64,000 nt of DNA from the human T2T-CHM13v2.0 reference genome, Homo sapiens (GCF_009914755.1 NC_060936.1), one strand, 5' to 3'; shown: positions 14,745-42,813, counted from the first letter of the stretch. Numbers and translations: made by a program. Notes: generated from the sequence alone by a model not told the origin.

Positions 14745-14807
14745 AGACCAGAGAGGCTAGGAAGAAACTGCATCAACTAATGAGCAAAATAACCAGCTAA
14801 CATCATA

Positions 14808-18618
<3,811 letters not shown>

Positions 18619-19363
18619 ACAATGACAACACATGGACACAGGAAGGGGAACATCACACACCAGGGCCTGTTGTGGAGTGGGAGGAGGGGGGAGGGATAGC
18701 ATTAGGAGATATACCTAATGCTAAATGACGAGTTAATGGGTGCAGCACACCAACACAGTACATGTATACATACGTAACTAACCTGCACGTTGTGCACATG
18801 TACCCTAAAACTTAAAGTATAATAAAAAAAAATTTCCCCTCAATTCCAAATACCAATATTTTTTCCAGCCAAAGGCCTGTACCAGCAGGCAAATTCTGTG
18901 ATAGGATTCCTTGCAATGTTTGGAGTCTGTTTAGGGAGACCCTTAGGGACCCTTGTACATGGGACCTGAGACTCTCTGACACCACTTCATAGCATTGTTT
19001 TTTTCTCCTAGGAAGCTAATGGAATGTGAAGACACTAACTATTGTTTTTATACAAAGTCTGCCAAGGTTCCCTGCCTTTACTCAAAGGTAGATTGCAAAC
19101 TCGTGGTGAGACAGGAGAACATGTGATGTAGGTAGATCTCCTGTTAATAAGTCCTTTTGTTTACTGTACGTAGAATACTAAGAGCAAAAGAATGAGAGAT
19201 TTACAACTGCACTCAACAACCTGAGTGAATTTCACAAACATGATGCTGAGCAATGGTGAGTGAAAGAAGGCAAACACAAAGGAATAGGCCCTGTATGCTT
19301 CCGCTTATGTAAAGGACAGAAACAAGCAAAAATGATTCTATGGTGTTGAAAGTCAGAATAACA

Positions 19364-19840
19364 GTGTATTATGTTCCCAGGACTGCTGTAACAAATTATC
19401 ACAAGCTGGTGGCTTGAAACAACAGGAATTTATTCTCTCACAGTTCTGGAGACTGGAATTCCAAAATCAAGGTGTCAGCAGAGTCATGCCCCCTCTCCAG
19501 GCTCCAGGGAGGGGCCTTCCTTGCTGCTTCCAGCCTCTGTTGCCGCCTGTAATCCTTGGTGCTCCTCAGCGTGTGGCTGCATCTCCGATCTCAGTCTCCA
19601 TGTCACATGGCCATCCTTCCTGCATGTGTCTGTGTCTTCCCATGGCGTTCTCCTCTCTGTGTGTTGGGTCTTTGTCCTCTTAAGAGGACACCAGTCATTG
19701 GATTAGGGTCCACCCCAATGCAATATGGCCTCATCCTGATTTGATTACATCTGCAAGGACCCTATTTCCAAATAAGGTCACATTCTGAGATTCTTGGGGT
19801 TAGGACTTGAATATAACTTTTTAGGGACATGATTCTACTC
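19364..19840 (-). mobile_element. MLT1C-like LTR inside an old L1M
   Basis: tgtattatg...ggcttgaaacaacaggaatttattctctcacagttctggag...ccaaataaggtcacattctgag. Confidence 0.75.
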
Positions 19841-21495
19841 CTTTAAAGGGCTCTCCCTGAAGAGGGTTGTTGAGTGATTGAGAAGCAGGAGGAGTCTTCA
19901 GGAGTGCTGGTGATGTTCTGTTTCTTGATCTGCATGCTATCTACTCCTGGCTTCCATTTATGAAAATTCATCCAGCTCTTCCCTTACAATATATACCCTT
20001 TTCTGTATGCATGTTTTGCTTCAATAAAAACAATTTTTTAAGTCACCTTTGTTTAGAATTTGCACTTGTTTATTCTTTTGATTTATGTTTCTCTAAAATA
20101 TTAGAGAAAAGCAAATCTATCAGCGTCTCGAAAGAAGGCAAAAGAAGACAGTAATTAGATATATCACCATGAGCTTTGATTTCTCCTCTATATCTGAGAT
20201 TGAGAAACAACATAATGAGTAAGAGCCACAATGTATTCAATATTTGATATTTTTATTCTTCACAATAACATCTATGTACATTTGAAAAATATTTGTACAT
20301 AAATGTCTCAAGCATTATATATTTGTTTGCAGATTATACTTGACTGCCATATGGATTCACAGGCACCTTGCAGTAATTTCATGTAATTTTTGACTCTGTA
20401 TTCACAGGTGGGGGCTCTCAAGTTTAAAATCCTTTAGGGAATAATGTGCAATTTGGATCAGGCTACCTGGGTTGGGATTCCAGACTCTGCCATTTTATTT
20501 GGTGTAGGACATTGGTGTGTGCCTCAGTTTTCCCACTGATAAAATGGAGTGATATAATATTATCTAATTCATAGGATTGTTGTATTAAGTTATAATGTGA
20601 GAAACACTTAGAAATCTTGCTGATACACAGTAATTGTGCTAGATTATATATAAGCATTAGCTATTATTATTACTACTGCTGGTATTGTTATTATCAGGAT
20701 TTGCAAGTCTGTGGCTATTGTCAGAATGAAGGACTAAGGTGGTAGCTACCCTGCCGCTGATTGGAGTGGGTGTTAGGGGTAGACATAATTGGGAGGGAGG
20801 GTGTCTTACCGTCTAAAAAGCAGTGACTTATCAGATTTTTTCTGGCAAGAAGTCCTGCAAAGTGGGGGTATGTCCTATGGGCACCATCAGGCACCACAGA
20901 GCATCACATGAGGTCCTCAGGGTCACAAAGATTTCGTGAGTCCCCAAACCATGCCTGGGGCTGAGAGAGCCTCAAGAATCACCTCCTACAAACCAAGTTT
21001 AAAAATGAAATTCCTTATCATCAAGGAAAAAGAAATGGTACTCTCCATTCAGTACATGGAACCTGGTCTCAGTACATCACCCCATGCGGCCCAGTAAGGC
21101 TTTCACAGGAAATAAACTGGGACCCTGCTGGTCTACTTCTTAAAGTCAGCTAGGCCAAATGGAAAGGATGACCAGGTACTGAGGAGGACCCCCTACACAG
21201 CAAATGGCAGCTGTTTACCTGAATGCCAAGCCTGCTCCACATGGTATGGCTCCTGGGGACCCAGATGGGAGGGAGCAGGGACAGTGTTTCTGTGAGGTCC
21301 TTTATCTGCCCAGGAAACTCAGTATACTATTCCCATTGCTCCCCAAGCACCTAAGACCTTCCACAGGAAAGTCTGTGACTTTCAAACATTGGTTTGCCTT
21401 TAAAACTTGGCTCCCCCTTGTTCACACAGCAAGATTATGGTTGACTGGTTTTAGGGTTTGTTCTTATCAAAACTAGGGTGCTCCCCAATTTGGTC

Positions 21496-21890
21496 TGTCT
21501 TGGTCCTTTTTGGGTCGCTATAACAGAATACCACAGACTGGGAAAATTATAAAGAAAAGAAATTCATTTCTTACGGTTCTTGAGGCTGGAAAGTCCAAGA
21601 TCAAGCAGCCACATCTGGTGAGGGCCTGGTGCTACTTTGTAGCATGGTAGCAAAGCAGAAGGCAAGGCAAGTGCACATGAAGGAGAGGGGTGATAAATGG
21701 GCAACCTGCTTTATAACCACCCACTCTCTCGAGAATGAACCTTGTCCCATAAGAACTGCATTAATCCCTTCATGAGGACAGAGTCCCCATGACCCAAAAA
21801 CCTCCCACTAGGCACCACCTTCCAGCATTGCACATTGAGGAATTAAAGTTCTAACACATGAACTTTTGGGGAACACACTCAAACCAGGGC
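21496..21890 (-). mobile_element. MST (MaLR) LTR
   Basis: gctataacagaataccacagactggg...cattaatcccttcatgagg...aacacatgaacttttggggg. Confidence 0.8.
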
Positions 21891-22529
21891 AGGGTTAAAA
21901 TTTCTTCCTTTCTCTCTCTCTCTTTCCTTGGCATCATCTTGTCTCCACCTCAGATAGTTATGTTCCTCAAGTCTTTTCTCTACTCTCCTTATCAAAAAGA
22001 ATCTGGTAAAACTGTCTTCAGGCTCAATGACAGAAAAAATTTCTAGATGTCTTTCAGTGTTGTGGGGAGGTATCAGGCGGGGTGGGGAATTTCAAGCCCC
22101 AGCTGAATGAATAATTTCTAAGTGACAGAGTGGGAAAGACCTGGACCCAGGACCAAAGGACCATGTTTATATCATTAATTATGTGACCATTTGATGGTTA
22201 CTTGATCTCTCTGTGCCTCAGTTTCCTCATCTGTAAGATGAGGACTTTTGCCATTGGATCACGAGAAGATAAAATGAATTATTACATGTAAAGCACTAAG
22301 TAGGGCATGTCAGGTGAAAAAACATTTAAGTAATGTCAATTAGGTCCCTTCCAGCTTGAATATGCTGAATTCATGGTTATATTTTAACAAGGAGTCACTT
22401 CGAAAGCCCCTGAAATTATATCATGATGAGTTTTTTAAGCTACATGTAAAGATGAATCAGGCTGCTTAGGTCTAATTAAAATATGTGTGTGTGTGTGTGT
22501 GTGCATGTGTGCATGTGTGTGTCTGTTGA

Positions 22530-23572
<1,043 letters not shown>

Positions 23573-23954
23573 TGTGATGTTTAATTTTATATATCAACTT
23601 GACTGGTTCATGGTGCCTAGATAGTTGGTCAAACATTATTCTGGGTGTTTCTGTGAGGGTGTTTTGGGGTGAGGTTAACACTTAAACTGGTAAAACTTTG
23701 AGTAAAGCAGCGTGCCCTCCATAATGTGGGTGGGCTTCATCCAATAAGTTGAGGGCCTGAACAGAACACAAGACAACCCTCCCCTGAGTAGTAGGAGTTC
23801 TCCAGCAGGCTTTTAGCCTCAAACTGGAACATCGACTCTTCCTGGTTCTCCAGCTTGACAGCCTGCTAACTGGAACTACACCGTTGGCCCTGCACAATAT
23901 GTGGGTCATTTCTTACAACAAATCTCAATATATCTTACAACTATCTATTATCTG

Positions 23955-24000
<46 letters not shown>

Positions 24001-24244
24001 ATCTATCGATCTATCTAATACATATTCAAATACTAATGAGACCTTCACAGCCATTAGGATGGCAATTATATTAGTCAAAGTTTTCCAGTACAATAGGACC
24101 AAAGTCTACCTATCTATATCTATCTAAGATAGATCAATAGATAGCTGATAGATGGATAGATAGATAGATCCATAGATTGATAGATTGATAGATATAGATA
24201 GGTAGACTTTGGTCCCGTTGTGCAGGAAAACTTTGACTAATACA
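23573..24244 (+). mobile_element. MLT2 LTR containing an STR and a fold-back
   Basis: tgtgatgtttaattttatatatcaacttgactgg ... gactaataca; TSD atagc/attgc. Confidence 0.8.
23941..24015. repeat. (TCTA)n tetranucleotide microsatellite
   Basis: About 11 perfect TCTA units at ~23955-24000 with imperfect flanks. Confidence 0.95.
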
Positions 24245-24295
24245 ATTGCCATCCTAATGGCTGTGAAGGTCTCATTCGTATTTGAATATGTATTA
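24016..24295. repeat. 109-bp inverted repeat with 62-bp spacer
   Basis: 24016-24124 is the reverse complement of 24187-24295, 6 mismatches. Confidence 0.95.
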
Positions 24296-25057
24296 TGAAT
24301 AAATATGTAATACATACACACTGTATATAAAACTTTTATTGAGACCCACCATGAGCCAGACACTGCTCTTATGCACTTTACATGTCTTAGCTCATGTGAT
24401 GCTCACAATAACCACATAAAGCAGGTATGATTATGGTCTCCAGTTTATAGATGAAAAAGCAGGCACATAGAGGGTAAGTACGCATGACCTTGCCTATGGT
24501 CATGCAGCTGGAATGTGGTGATCTGAACTCAGCAGTCTGGCTCCAGAATCCTTGCTTTTGCCAAAGGACACTTAGACGTCTTCTCTTCTGGTAGCTTTGC
24601 TTAATTCTACTTATTTTGGTAACTTCTTATGCACTGGATTTCCCTTTCATCACCTCCCCTCTTCCTAAAAGTCCTTCTGTACATCTACTTTCTAACATCA
24701 ATCAAGGCTGGGTACTGCAATATTTCCTATTGTGACATATGGTGTAAAGGGAAATAACAATGCCTTCTGGTCTGAACAGAACCCTAAAAATATGCTCTTG
24801 AGAAAAAGAAATTAGGGACTGCTTTTATCCTCTACATTGGAAGAGGAAAAAAAGTAAATCATTTAAAAATGAAAATTATTCCCATAATGTATTTCAACCA
24901 AATAATTAAAGTGTACTCAACTATTAATTACACTTCAAGATTTTCCTCGCTCTGCTCTGCAGGTCTCTCCTTTTTCTGGGGGTTAAGTGAGGACAAGTTC
25001 TTTGAGGTAGCACTGAATTCCATTTCAAGAAAAGTCTCACAAGGCTGGTTAGGCTAA

Positions 25058-25644
<587 letters not shown>

Positions 25645-25651
25645 GGTTTGA

Positions 25652-25682
<31 letters not shown>

Positions 25683-26788
25683 CAAATTCTCCCTCCAGGA
25701 AAAAATGTATCCAGGACTTGAAACTTGAAAACAGTACTAAGCTAGGCCCCTCTCTAGAATTGCTGCAAATGTTTTCACAGCCCGTCTTTCAAAACAAAAG
25801 ACTATAATTTCATCAAAGCTGTTTGCTTTGCCCTTGGTCGGCTTCTCAGAATAATCACCTCTACAGTCTGCAACGTGTCTTGGAAATGTGGGCTTTCCCG
25901 GGGTTGTAAAGCGTTACAGCTACTGCTAGAAGGAGGCTTTTCAGGGCATGCCATTCTGCACATGGTTTCTGAGACTTTTAAATCGGAGAGGGAGCTCAAA
26001 GACCACGAAATCATACCTGTTAACTTTACAGGTGAGGAAAGGAAGGCTCAGAGGCACTGTGGGGAGCCGCTGAAAGATTTTAAACAGGGATGGGCCAACG
26101 GGGCTCTCTGTAAGTCTCTCCTGTTCAATTCAATGATTAAATCTATGGGTGATACAAAGCAAGAGTTGAAGAGACTGCTAGAGGTTGGGACAAAATGCTC
26201 AAACCAATACGTTGAAGTTCAACAAAGAGAAATAATAAAGCACTGCTTCTGTCTACAGAACCAGCAAAACTCTCTGATAACTTGAGGATGTGGGGCAGGG
26301 GAGGAGGTTTAGCTGACTGCAATTTGTGTATGAGTCTGCAGAGACAGTGGCCAGCCAGACACTTAAGAACCTAATTAAATTCTAATAATGATGCAACCAC
26401 ATTGTGTTAGTATTTGGATACAGTCTGGAAGAAGTCACAGAATTCATGGTAGTCATCTTTGGGCAGTGGAACTAGGAGGAAGAAAGGGCTATATGTTTTA
26501 CTTTACACATATTGTATTACTTGACTTATTTTACAATGAGCATTTTATTAATTTTGTAATAAGCAAATCTTAAAAAGTTAAAAAAATAGTAATTAACAAA
26601 AACTGAGGATAAAGAAAGATGTTCAGATGAAGAACGGGAATAGTCTCATGTGCTAGATAGACTGCAGGGAATGTCTATTGTGTAGCCTTGAGCATAAAAA
26701 GGATGTCAGTCAGCTAAAGTACTGTATTCAGGAGGAGAGGAATCAAGACAGTGAAGGGTGCTATGAATTAGGTCATGGAGGGGATTTT

Positions 26789-27384
26789 CTTAAATGTTTA
26801 ATTTTTGTGGGTACATAGTAGGTGTATATATTTATGATATTTATGGGGTACATGAGATACCTTGATACAGGCATATGATGTATAATAATCACATCAAGGT
26901 AAGTGGGGTATCCATCACCTCAAGCATTTACCTTTTGTGTTACAAACAATTCAATTATACTCTTTTAGTTACTTTTAAACATATAGTTAAATTATTGACT
27001 ATAGTCCCCCTGTTGTGCTATCAAATACTAGATCTTATTCATTCTTTCTATTTTTTGTACCCATTAACCATCCCCATCCCCCACTCCCCAAACCCTCACT
27101 ACCCTTCCCAGCTTCTGGTAACCATCACTCTATTTTCTATCTCCATGAGTTCAATCATTTTAATTTTTAGCTCCCATAAATAAGTGAGAACGTGTGAAGC
27201 TTGCCTTTCGGTGCCTGGTTTATCACTTAATGTAATGACCTCCAGTTCCATTCATGTCATTGCAAATGACAGGATCTCATTTTTTTTTAATGGCCGAATA
27301 GTACTCCATTGTGTATATGTACCACATTTTCTTTATCCATTTGTCCATTGATGGACACTTAGGTTGCTTCCAAACATTGGTTAT
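26789..27384 (-). mobile_element. 5'-truncated L1MA
   Basis: L1MA 3' end; perfect 14-bp TSD atggaggggatttt at 26775-26788 and 27385-27398. Confidence 0.88.
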
Positions 27385-27957
27385 ATGGAGGGGATTTTTG
27401 AGTGAATGTAGCTAACTTCAAATTTTTGAAGGCTCAGTGTGGGAAACGGAGTTATCTTCTATGTCATTTTGAAGAACTAGTACATGGAAACGAATTTCTT
27501 CATTCATCAGTCAGTCAGTCACAAAATACCACAAACAAAGTGTATCCTTCTTAGCAAAGCAGTTGAGAAAGTATTTTCTCTAGCAGAGAATTAGACTAAG
27601 AATAATGAGCTGCTTATTCTTGAATGTATTCAAGGAAAAATTGGCTGACCAATTTGCAGGGATTAACACTTGCATTTTTAAGGATGAAGGGCTAGAAAAT
27701 ATCTAATGATTCTCATCAATTTGTAATCACATCAGTTTCCTGCTTAAAAATACCCTAAGGCTTCAAATTGCCAAGAATAGAAAGGAATCACAGTATTCCT
27801 TTATTAATATCACAGCATTCACTGTGATACTCAAGGCCCTTCAGAATGTTGCTCTGATCTGTCTTTCCCAGGTTATCTCCTACTGTCCCCATTAGGGAGC
27901 CATTTCCAAGCTAAACTGGTCCATTGATCACGTAGCTTCTTCCCTCCTTGCCTTTCT

Positions 27958-28105
27958 ATTTTTTTTTAAATAAAATTTTATTTTTCTAGATACAAGGTCT
28001 TTCTATATTGGCCAGGTTGGTCTTGAACTCTTGGCCTCAGGCCATCCTCCTGCACTTCAGCCTCCAAAAATGCTAGGATCACAGGCTTGAGCCACCATTC
28101 CTGGC
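27958..28105 (-). mobile_element. FLAM / AluJ monomer
   Basis: Single diverged left monomer. Confidence 0.8.
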
Positions 28106-30199
28106 CCTTTCCTTGCCTTTCTTTTGTTCATGCTGTTATTTCCTAGAATGCTCTTTTGGCTCTTTGCCCAGGGAAATGCAACTCCTTTTTCAATTTGAAT
28201 CATCAAATACTACCTTGCTTTGAAGCTTCCCTGCTCTTGTAGGTATGACTCTGCAGAGCTGACATTTACTACTAGGAATGCACAGCCATACCAATAGTTT
28301 ACAGTTAGGGTCCACTCCACTTGGTGAGTCAGTGCCCATGCCGTATCAGAGGTTGAAAATGTTAAACATCACCCTGCTGTCACTGTAACACATGTAACAC
28401 ATGTTATATATTGTACATATTGTAAACACAAATATAATATTATAAAAGGCCTAGCACCCCCATAGCCATGAAGGAAATCTGAGTGAAATGAATTCATTGA
28501 TTTTAACTATCTGTAGTTCTAATCCTTACCAGCTGGTTAACTCTTCCAACTTCAGCAAGTGGGTAGCACCTTCACACATAGGTTGAAATTGGTCTGATAT
28601 ATAAATGCTGTATTTCTTACTCCTTTTATTTTTTTTTTTAAACTACTGTAGAGGTCTTTGGGAATATTCTGAGAATACACTTAGTTGAAGTAGTCAAATT
28701 TTCAGAGTCAGGGATACCTATATCCACAATTCTAAGAGGGGGCAGTATAGAGTCCAACAGACAGAATCTCTTACAGAATGCAGTTCAACTTCAGAGTCCA
28801 ACAGATCTGAGTTTGAATTCTGTCTGTGCTAAGTGCTAGGGTTGTTTTTACAGCTGTCAAACCCAGAACACTAAGCAGTAATAATATCTACTTTTACTGA
28901 GTGCTTACTGTGTGCTTTGCATAGAGCTTAATGCATTGTATATGGGATTTTATGAAATCCTCCTTTCAACAACCCTGTGAGGAAGGTACCATTTTTGTGC
29001 CTTTTTTTTTTTTTTTTTTTTTTTTTACAGATGAGGAAACTGAAGCCTAGCTACAGTAATAACATATTCAAGGTCATATGACTAGCACTTGGCATCAACA
29101 ATGGCTGTTGTAACTTCCACTAGCTGCTCACAATATACATAAACTTATCTGCAGTGCCTGGTTCCTAAAAGGCATGATACAATGTTCAGTATATTCAAAC
29201 ATGTGTTTCAATGTTTGGAGCATTTGGATTCCAAAAGGAGAACTTTATGCTTTTATATTTTTATGTTTAACATCGCAGTTTTTGCCTGAAATCCAGGAAC
29301 AAATGGACTTGAACAAATTGTATTAGGCCCTTTACATGGGCAGAGCATTGTGGCTTGCATTTACTCAAATCCAAATTAAGGTCTAAATCCAAAGAAAGAA
29401 AATCACCTTTTTCCAAGAACCAAACTCCACGGGGAGAGTAAGTAGGCCAAGCACCTCCTGGACAAACCACTGGAAGGGATCCATCATTTCTTTCAACTTT
29501 TGTTACTTGCTACCAGCCCTGAAATAAACCTGTTTGTGCCAACACTCGTTATTTCTCCACCTCCAAAGAAAGTCAGCATTCAAACAATATGGAAGATTCT
29601 GGATAGGCCATTGTAATAATGAGTCATTCTAATGGAAAGTTTAAGTGCCAATTCTGCATCTTTCTAGCTGTGTGATTTTACCATACGCCAGCCTTTCTGA
29701 GGCTCAGTCCTTGTTTTCCAATCTCTAAAATGGGGATAATAATGTAACTTTGCTAGTTTCTTAACCTGTGACTCAGGTTTTCTTCCAATTCATACAATAA
29801 AGATAATAACTACTTCAGATTTGTTGTGAAAGCTAAATGAGGAATATATATGTATATGTAAAAATATACATTATGTTATACACTATATATAACATATAGT
29901 ATAAATATGCACGAATTACTATGACAAGTATGAAGTGTTACGATTAATGAATATGGCATAAAGGAAGGGGGAAGGGATTTTTCTGCAGAAATTCACTTGC
30001 TGAGATGATAAATCAGAGGTGATAAATCAGGTGGGCAAATTACTCCATTTACTTATCATACTGATCAGCCCTGCCTACCTCACAGACCTTTCTTTTAACT
30101 TTTTTCTTCTTTTTAATTTTAAGCATTTTGTAAAGATGAGGTCTCACTATATTGCCCAGGCTGGCCTCAAACTCCTGAGTTCAAGCAATCCTCCTGCCT

Positions 30200-35600
<5,401 letters not shown>

Positions 35601-37343
35601 ACTTAAGAATAGGATGAGATGATGTTATATGTGTTAAACTTCCCCTGGATATAAAATTTTTCTGTAGAAATGCGAGGCATGTATTACTGTCTTGCAATAC
35701 TTAGATTCTGACCACAAACCAAAATAGTTCTCATAGTTCTCATGTTTAAGATACTTAGGATAAGCCCAGAAAGACCCCTGCTTTACATATGGAGAACTCA
35801 GAGTTGAATACATGTATCGTATCCTCCTGTAGGAATACTAGTGATGATGTTCCAGCAAACCAATCTTCAAGATTAAAATAATTTCTCAATAAAGGTAGGA
35901 ACTGCAGGATTTAGCGGAAAATTGGTGGAGAGGAGACAAACCACAACTCACGTAACAGCTCAGTGTTTGTGGACAAGTTCTAATATGGCTTTAAATATCT
36001 GAGAATGTTAAGACAACAGTTTTATGACAGTGTCCTGAGACTTTCCAGGAATTATACATAAAATTCAGCATTTCCTCTGAAGGGAACCAGGATATAAGAA
36101 GGAAAATCCATTGCAAGTCCATAAAACCCAGGATATGAGGGCATGGACTTGTTTTTCTCTTGATAACATAATACACAATTGATTGTAGAAAATATAGAAA
36201 ATTCATATATGCAAAAGAACACAAATTCTCATTATCTTACCATCCAAAGATAACCACCAATATAAGTCTGTGCATAGCCTTCTTGGTTTTAAAAATGGGA
36301 AAGATAAAGAGAGGAAGGGATATTTTATAATCTGTATGAGTCTGTTTGTTTTTATTTTTTAAAATTTTAATTAATTAATTAATTAATTTTTTTAAATTTT
36401 TTTTTAGGATCAGGATTTATCCATCATTTTTATTTCAATAGATAGCCAAATAAGACCCAGGAAAATTACATTTGCATAATGTCAGAAAGCAAAGTACTAG
36501 GAGAAAACATATTAAATTTTCTATTTTTTAACTTCCAGCCATTATTCCCTTAATGATGATGAATTCTATTACATTACACTATTATTTCTTATATGTTCTA
36601 TTTCACTTTTAAAAGCTTCTGTTTTATTATTTTGTAAAAACCTTGAACTGGCTTTTCTTTGAGGACAACAATGTTAGCAAAATAGAATGTGAAAGTTTCA
36701 AACTAAGATATATTAACATTTATTTTTAGAGTAACCATTAATATTTAGAATATAAAATTAATATTTTTTTGTTTTTAAACTCTTGCACTTCTTCTAAGCC
36801 TTTTGATGCTACTTCAATTGGAAGAGGAGGCTGCCAAGGAGAAGTTAGAACAGTGGAACCCGACTGAAGGTATCAAATCAATTTTTAAAGCCCATGAGTT
36901 AAGAAGGTGATGAGGAATCCATCCACAACCAGTTAACAGGACTTTTATTATAATATCTGGAAAGACAATGTCACCACCTGTCTTAGGAGGTGGGAGGTGA
37001 ACAAAGAATCATGACAGTGCGCTAAAGCAGTACTTCACAAACAACCAGTGGTGATGGATGAGTTTCAAATTTCCAACCCATCCTGGACTGATGTTTTTGT
37101 GAAATATAAAATCACACATTTGGGTATCACTGTAATTTCAAATTGCTGTAAATTACTCTAAATTTCTTTACTTATTGCAGAATTATAGTAAATGCTTGTA
37201 GGTCACCATAGGCCCATGGATCCCATATTGGGTAGGTCTGTACTAAAATACTTGTCTTGTTTCAGGGACAAATTAGTTATCAATAGTGATTAAGACAGTA
37301 ATATGCTGATGAATGTCTAACAATTGGTTCTCTGAAGGGGGGA

Positions 37344-38043
37344 TGAGAGGTGAAGCCAGCTGGACTTCCTGGGTCGAGTGGGGACTTGGAGAACTTTTCT
37401 GTCTAGATAAAGGTTTGTAAACGCACCAGTCAGCACTCTGTGAAAACGCACCAATCAGGGCTCTGTGTCTAGCTAAAGGTTTGTAAATGCACCAATCAGC
37501 ACTCTGTAAAAACGCACCAATCAGCGCTCTGTGTCTAGCTAAAGGTTTGTAAATGCACCAATCAGCACTCTGTAAAAATGCACCAATCAGCACTCTATCT
37601 AAAGGTTTGTAAATGCGCCAATCAGCACACCAATCAGCACTCTGTAAAATGGACCAATCAGCAGGACATGGGTGGGGCCAAATAAGGGAATAAAAGCTGG
37701 CCACCCGAGCCAGCAGCAGCAACCCCCTTGGGTCCCCTTCCACACTATGGAAGCTTTGTTCTTTTGCTCTTCATAATAAATCTTGCTGCTGCTCACTCTT
37801 TGTGTCCACACTACCTTTATGAGCTGTAACACTCACCAAGAGGGTCTGCGGCTTCATTCCTGAAGTCAGTGAGACCACGAACCTACTGGAAGGAAGAAAC
37901 TCCGGACACATCTGAACATCTGAAGAAACCAACTCCAGACACATCATCTTTAAGAACTGTAACACTCACTGTGAGGTTCCGCGGCTTCATTCTTGAAGTC
38001 AGTGAGACCAAGAACCCACCAGAAGGAACCAATTCCAGACACA
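37344..38043 (+). promoter_or_regulatory. 5' LTR12 with tandem CCAAT (NF-Y) enhancer repeats
   Basis: tgagaggtgaagccagctgg start; ~65-bp repeats with 8 intact CCAAT; GC box and aataaaa TATA-like element ~37670-37696; AATAAA ~37775. Confidence 0.9.
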
Positions 38044-38046
38044 TTT

Positions 38047-38064
38047 TGGCAACCACAAAGGGAC
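38047..38064 (+). promoter_or_regulatory. Primer binding site, tRNA-Arg type
   Basis: tggcaaccacaaagggac versus TGGCGACCACGAAGGGAC; both mismatches are CpG decay. Confidence 0.8.
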
Positions 38065-39219
38065 TATTGACTATCGCCAAGTGGTGAGCACCATTGGACC
38101 CCTTTCGCTTGCTATTCTGTCCTATTTTTCCTCAGAATTCGGGGGCTAAATACCGTGCATCTGTCGGCCAGTTAAAAGTGACTAGCACAGCCGCCAGACT
38201 AAACACACGGGTGTCAGGCTTTCTGGGAAAGCACTCTCTAACAAACCCTGACTCTCCAGAGTTGGGAGTGTTGGTTTGCCTGGAACCAGTTTCCACTTTT
38301 CTTGTACTTCTGGGCTGAGCCAAGGGTCAACAAAGAGGAAAGCTATTCAGCTCCGGGTTCCTGACAGCAAGTTGGTTGACCCTGCGGCCATGAGCAGAAC
38401 TCTCAAAGTCATGTCGCCCAAGCAAGACTCGCCCATCTATCCTATCTATCCTGACCCTTGCCTTCTGGGTCCTAACGCCTCTCAGACAAACTTCCTCTTG
38501 CCTCTCTTCTCCAAGGCTAGTCCCACTTCTAAAAACCACTCCCTGTCTCTGGTGCTTTTCTAGTTTCTCCTATAAGAATGATTTCTAGTATAAACCTCAG
38601 GACTCTGTTACCTTCTTTAGGCACCTGGGCTTGCCAAACAGAAAGATATAATTTTTGCCCAAAGCCCCATTGGGGCGGGGGACTATCTGGAATTTTAGGA
38701 TCCCTCCTCAGACTAGCAGGCCTAACAAAAGCTATTCCTGAAGCTAGGATATGGGGAGCTTCAGAAATGGTATCTTTCCTATTCATATAAGTGAGGACAA
38801 AAGGCATCACTCTTCCAACTCTGGAGGTCCCTTTCCTCCCTCAGAGTATGGCCCTCCACTTCATTTTTGGGGCATAACATCTTTATAGGACATGGGTAAG
38901 GTCCCAGTACTAACAGGAGAATGCTTAGGACTCTAACAGGTTTTTGAGAATGTGTGGGTAAGGGCCACTAAATCCGACCTTCCTCAGTCCTCCTTGTGGT
39001 CTAGGAGGAAAACTAGCGTTTCTGCTGCTGCGTCAGTGAGCGCAACTATTCCGATCAGCAGGGTCCAGGGACCGTTGCGGGTTCTTGGGCAAGAGGTGTT
39101 TCTGCTGCTTCATTGGTGAGTGCAACTATTCCGATCAGCAGGGTCCAGGGACTGTTGCGGGTTCTTAGTCAGGGGGAGAAACCAAACAAACCAAAACCAT
39201 GGGCGTTTTTTTCTTTCAG

Positions 39220-42346
<3,127 letters not shown>

Positions 42347-42813
42347 GGGTGCCCGGGGCAAGTGCCAGCTCATGTCATCACCCTCACTGAGCCCCGGGTG
42401 CATTTAACCATTGAGGGCCAGGAAATTGACTTCTTCCTGGACACCGGCATGGCTTTCTCAGTATTAATCTCCTGTCCCAGACAGCTGTCCTCAAGGTCTG
42501 TTACCATCTGAGGAATCCTGGTACAGCCTGTAACCAGATAATTCTCCCACCTCCTCAGTTGTAATTGGGAGACTTTGCTACAGATATTAAGATGGCAGGA
42601 GTGGAATCTTGGATTCACTGCACCCAAATTAAATTTTGGGCACCCCCTGAGGAACCTGTGGGACTGTCAGCTCAGGAGTCCCAAGGTCAGCCAGACCAGC
42701 CTCAATACACCTGCGAACCGTTGGAGGACTTGCCTCTCCTATTTCGGAAGGAAACATCCCAGACTAAAAAGGCTCCTACTGCTGATCCTGAGGAAAAACC
42801 CCTTCCTCTTTAA
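42347..42813 (+). pseudogene. pol: pro remnant fused to integrase C-terminus (pol deleted)
   Basis: Protease FFLDTGMA (~42431) with a TGA soon after; by ~42590 already integrase C-terminal K-M-AGVESWIH. Confidence 0.8.

Noticed and set aside
37400-37660. Regularly spaced repeats resembling a CRISPR array
   Set aside because: There are no unique spacers and the context is eukaryotic. These are LTR12 U3 tandem enhancer repeats.
37273-37743. Repetitive 156-aa antisense ORF (LQSADWCIYKPL), also at 44815-45177
   Set aside because: By-product of translating the LTR12 tandem repeats on the minus strand.
39018-39170. ~80-bp tandem repeat in the proviral leader
   Set aside because: Recalled as a regular feature of ERV9-type leaders, so not specific to this locus.
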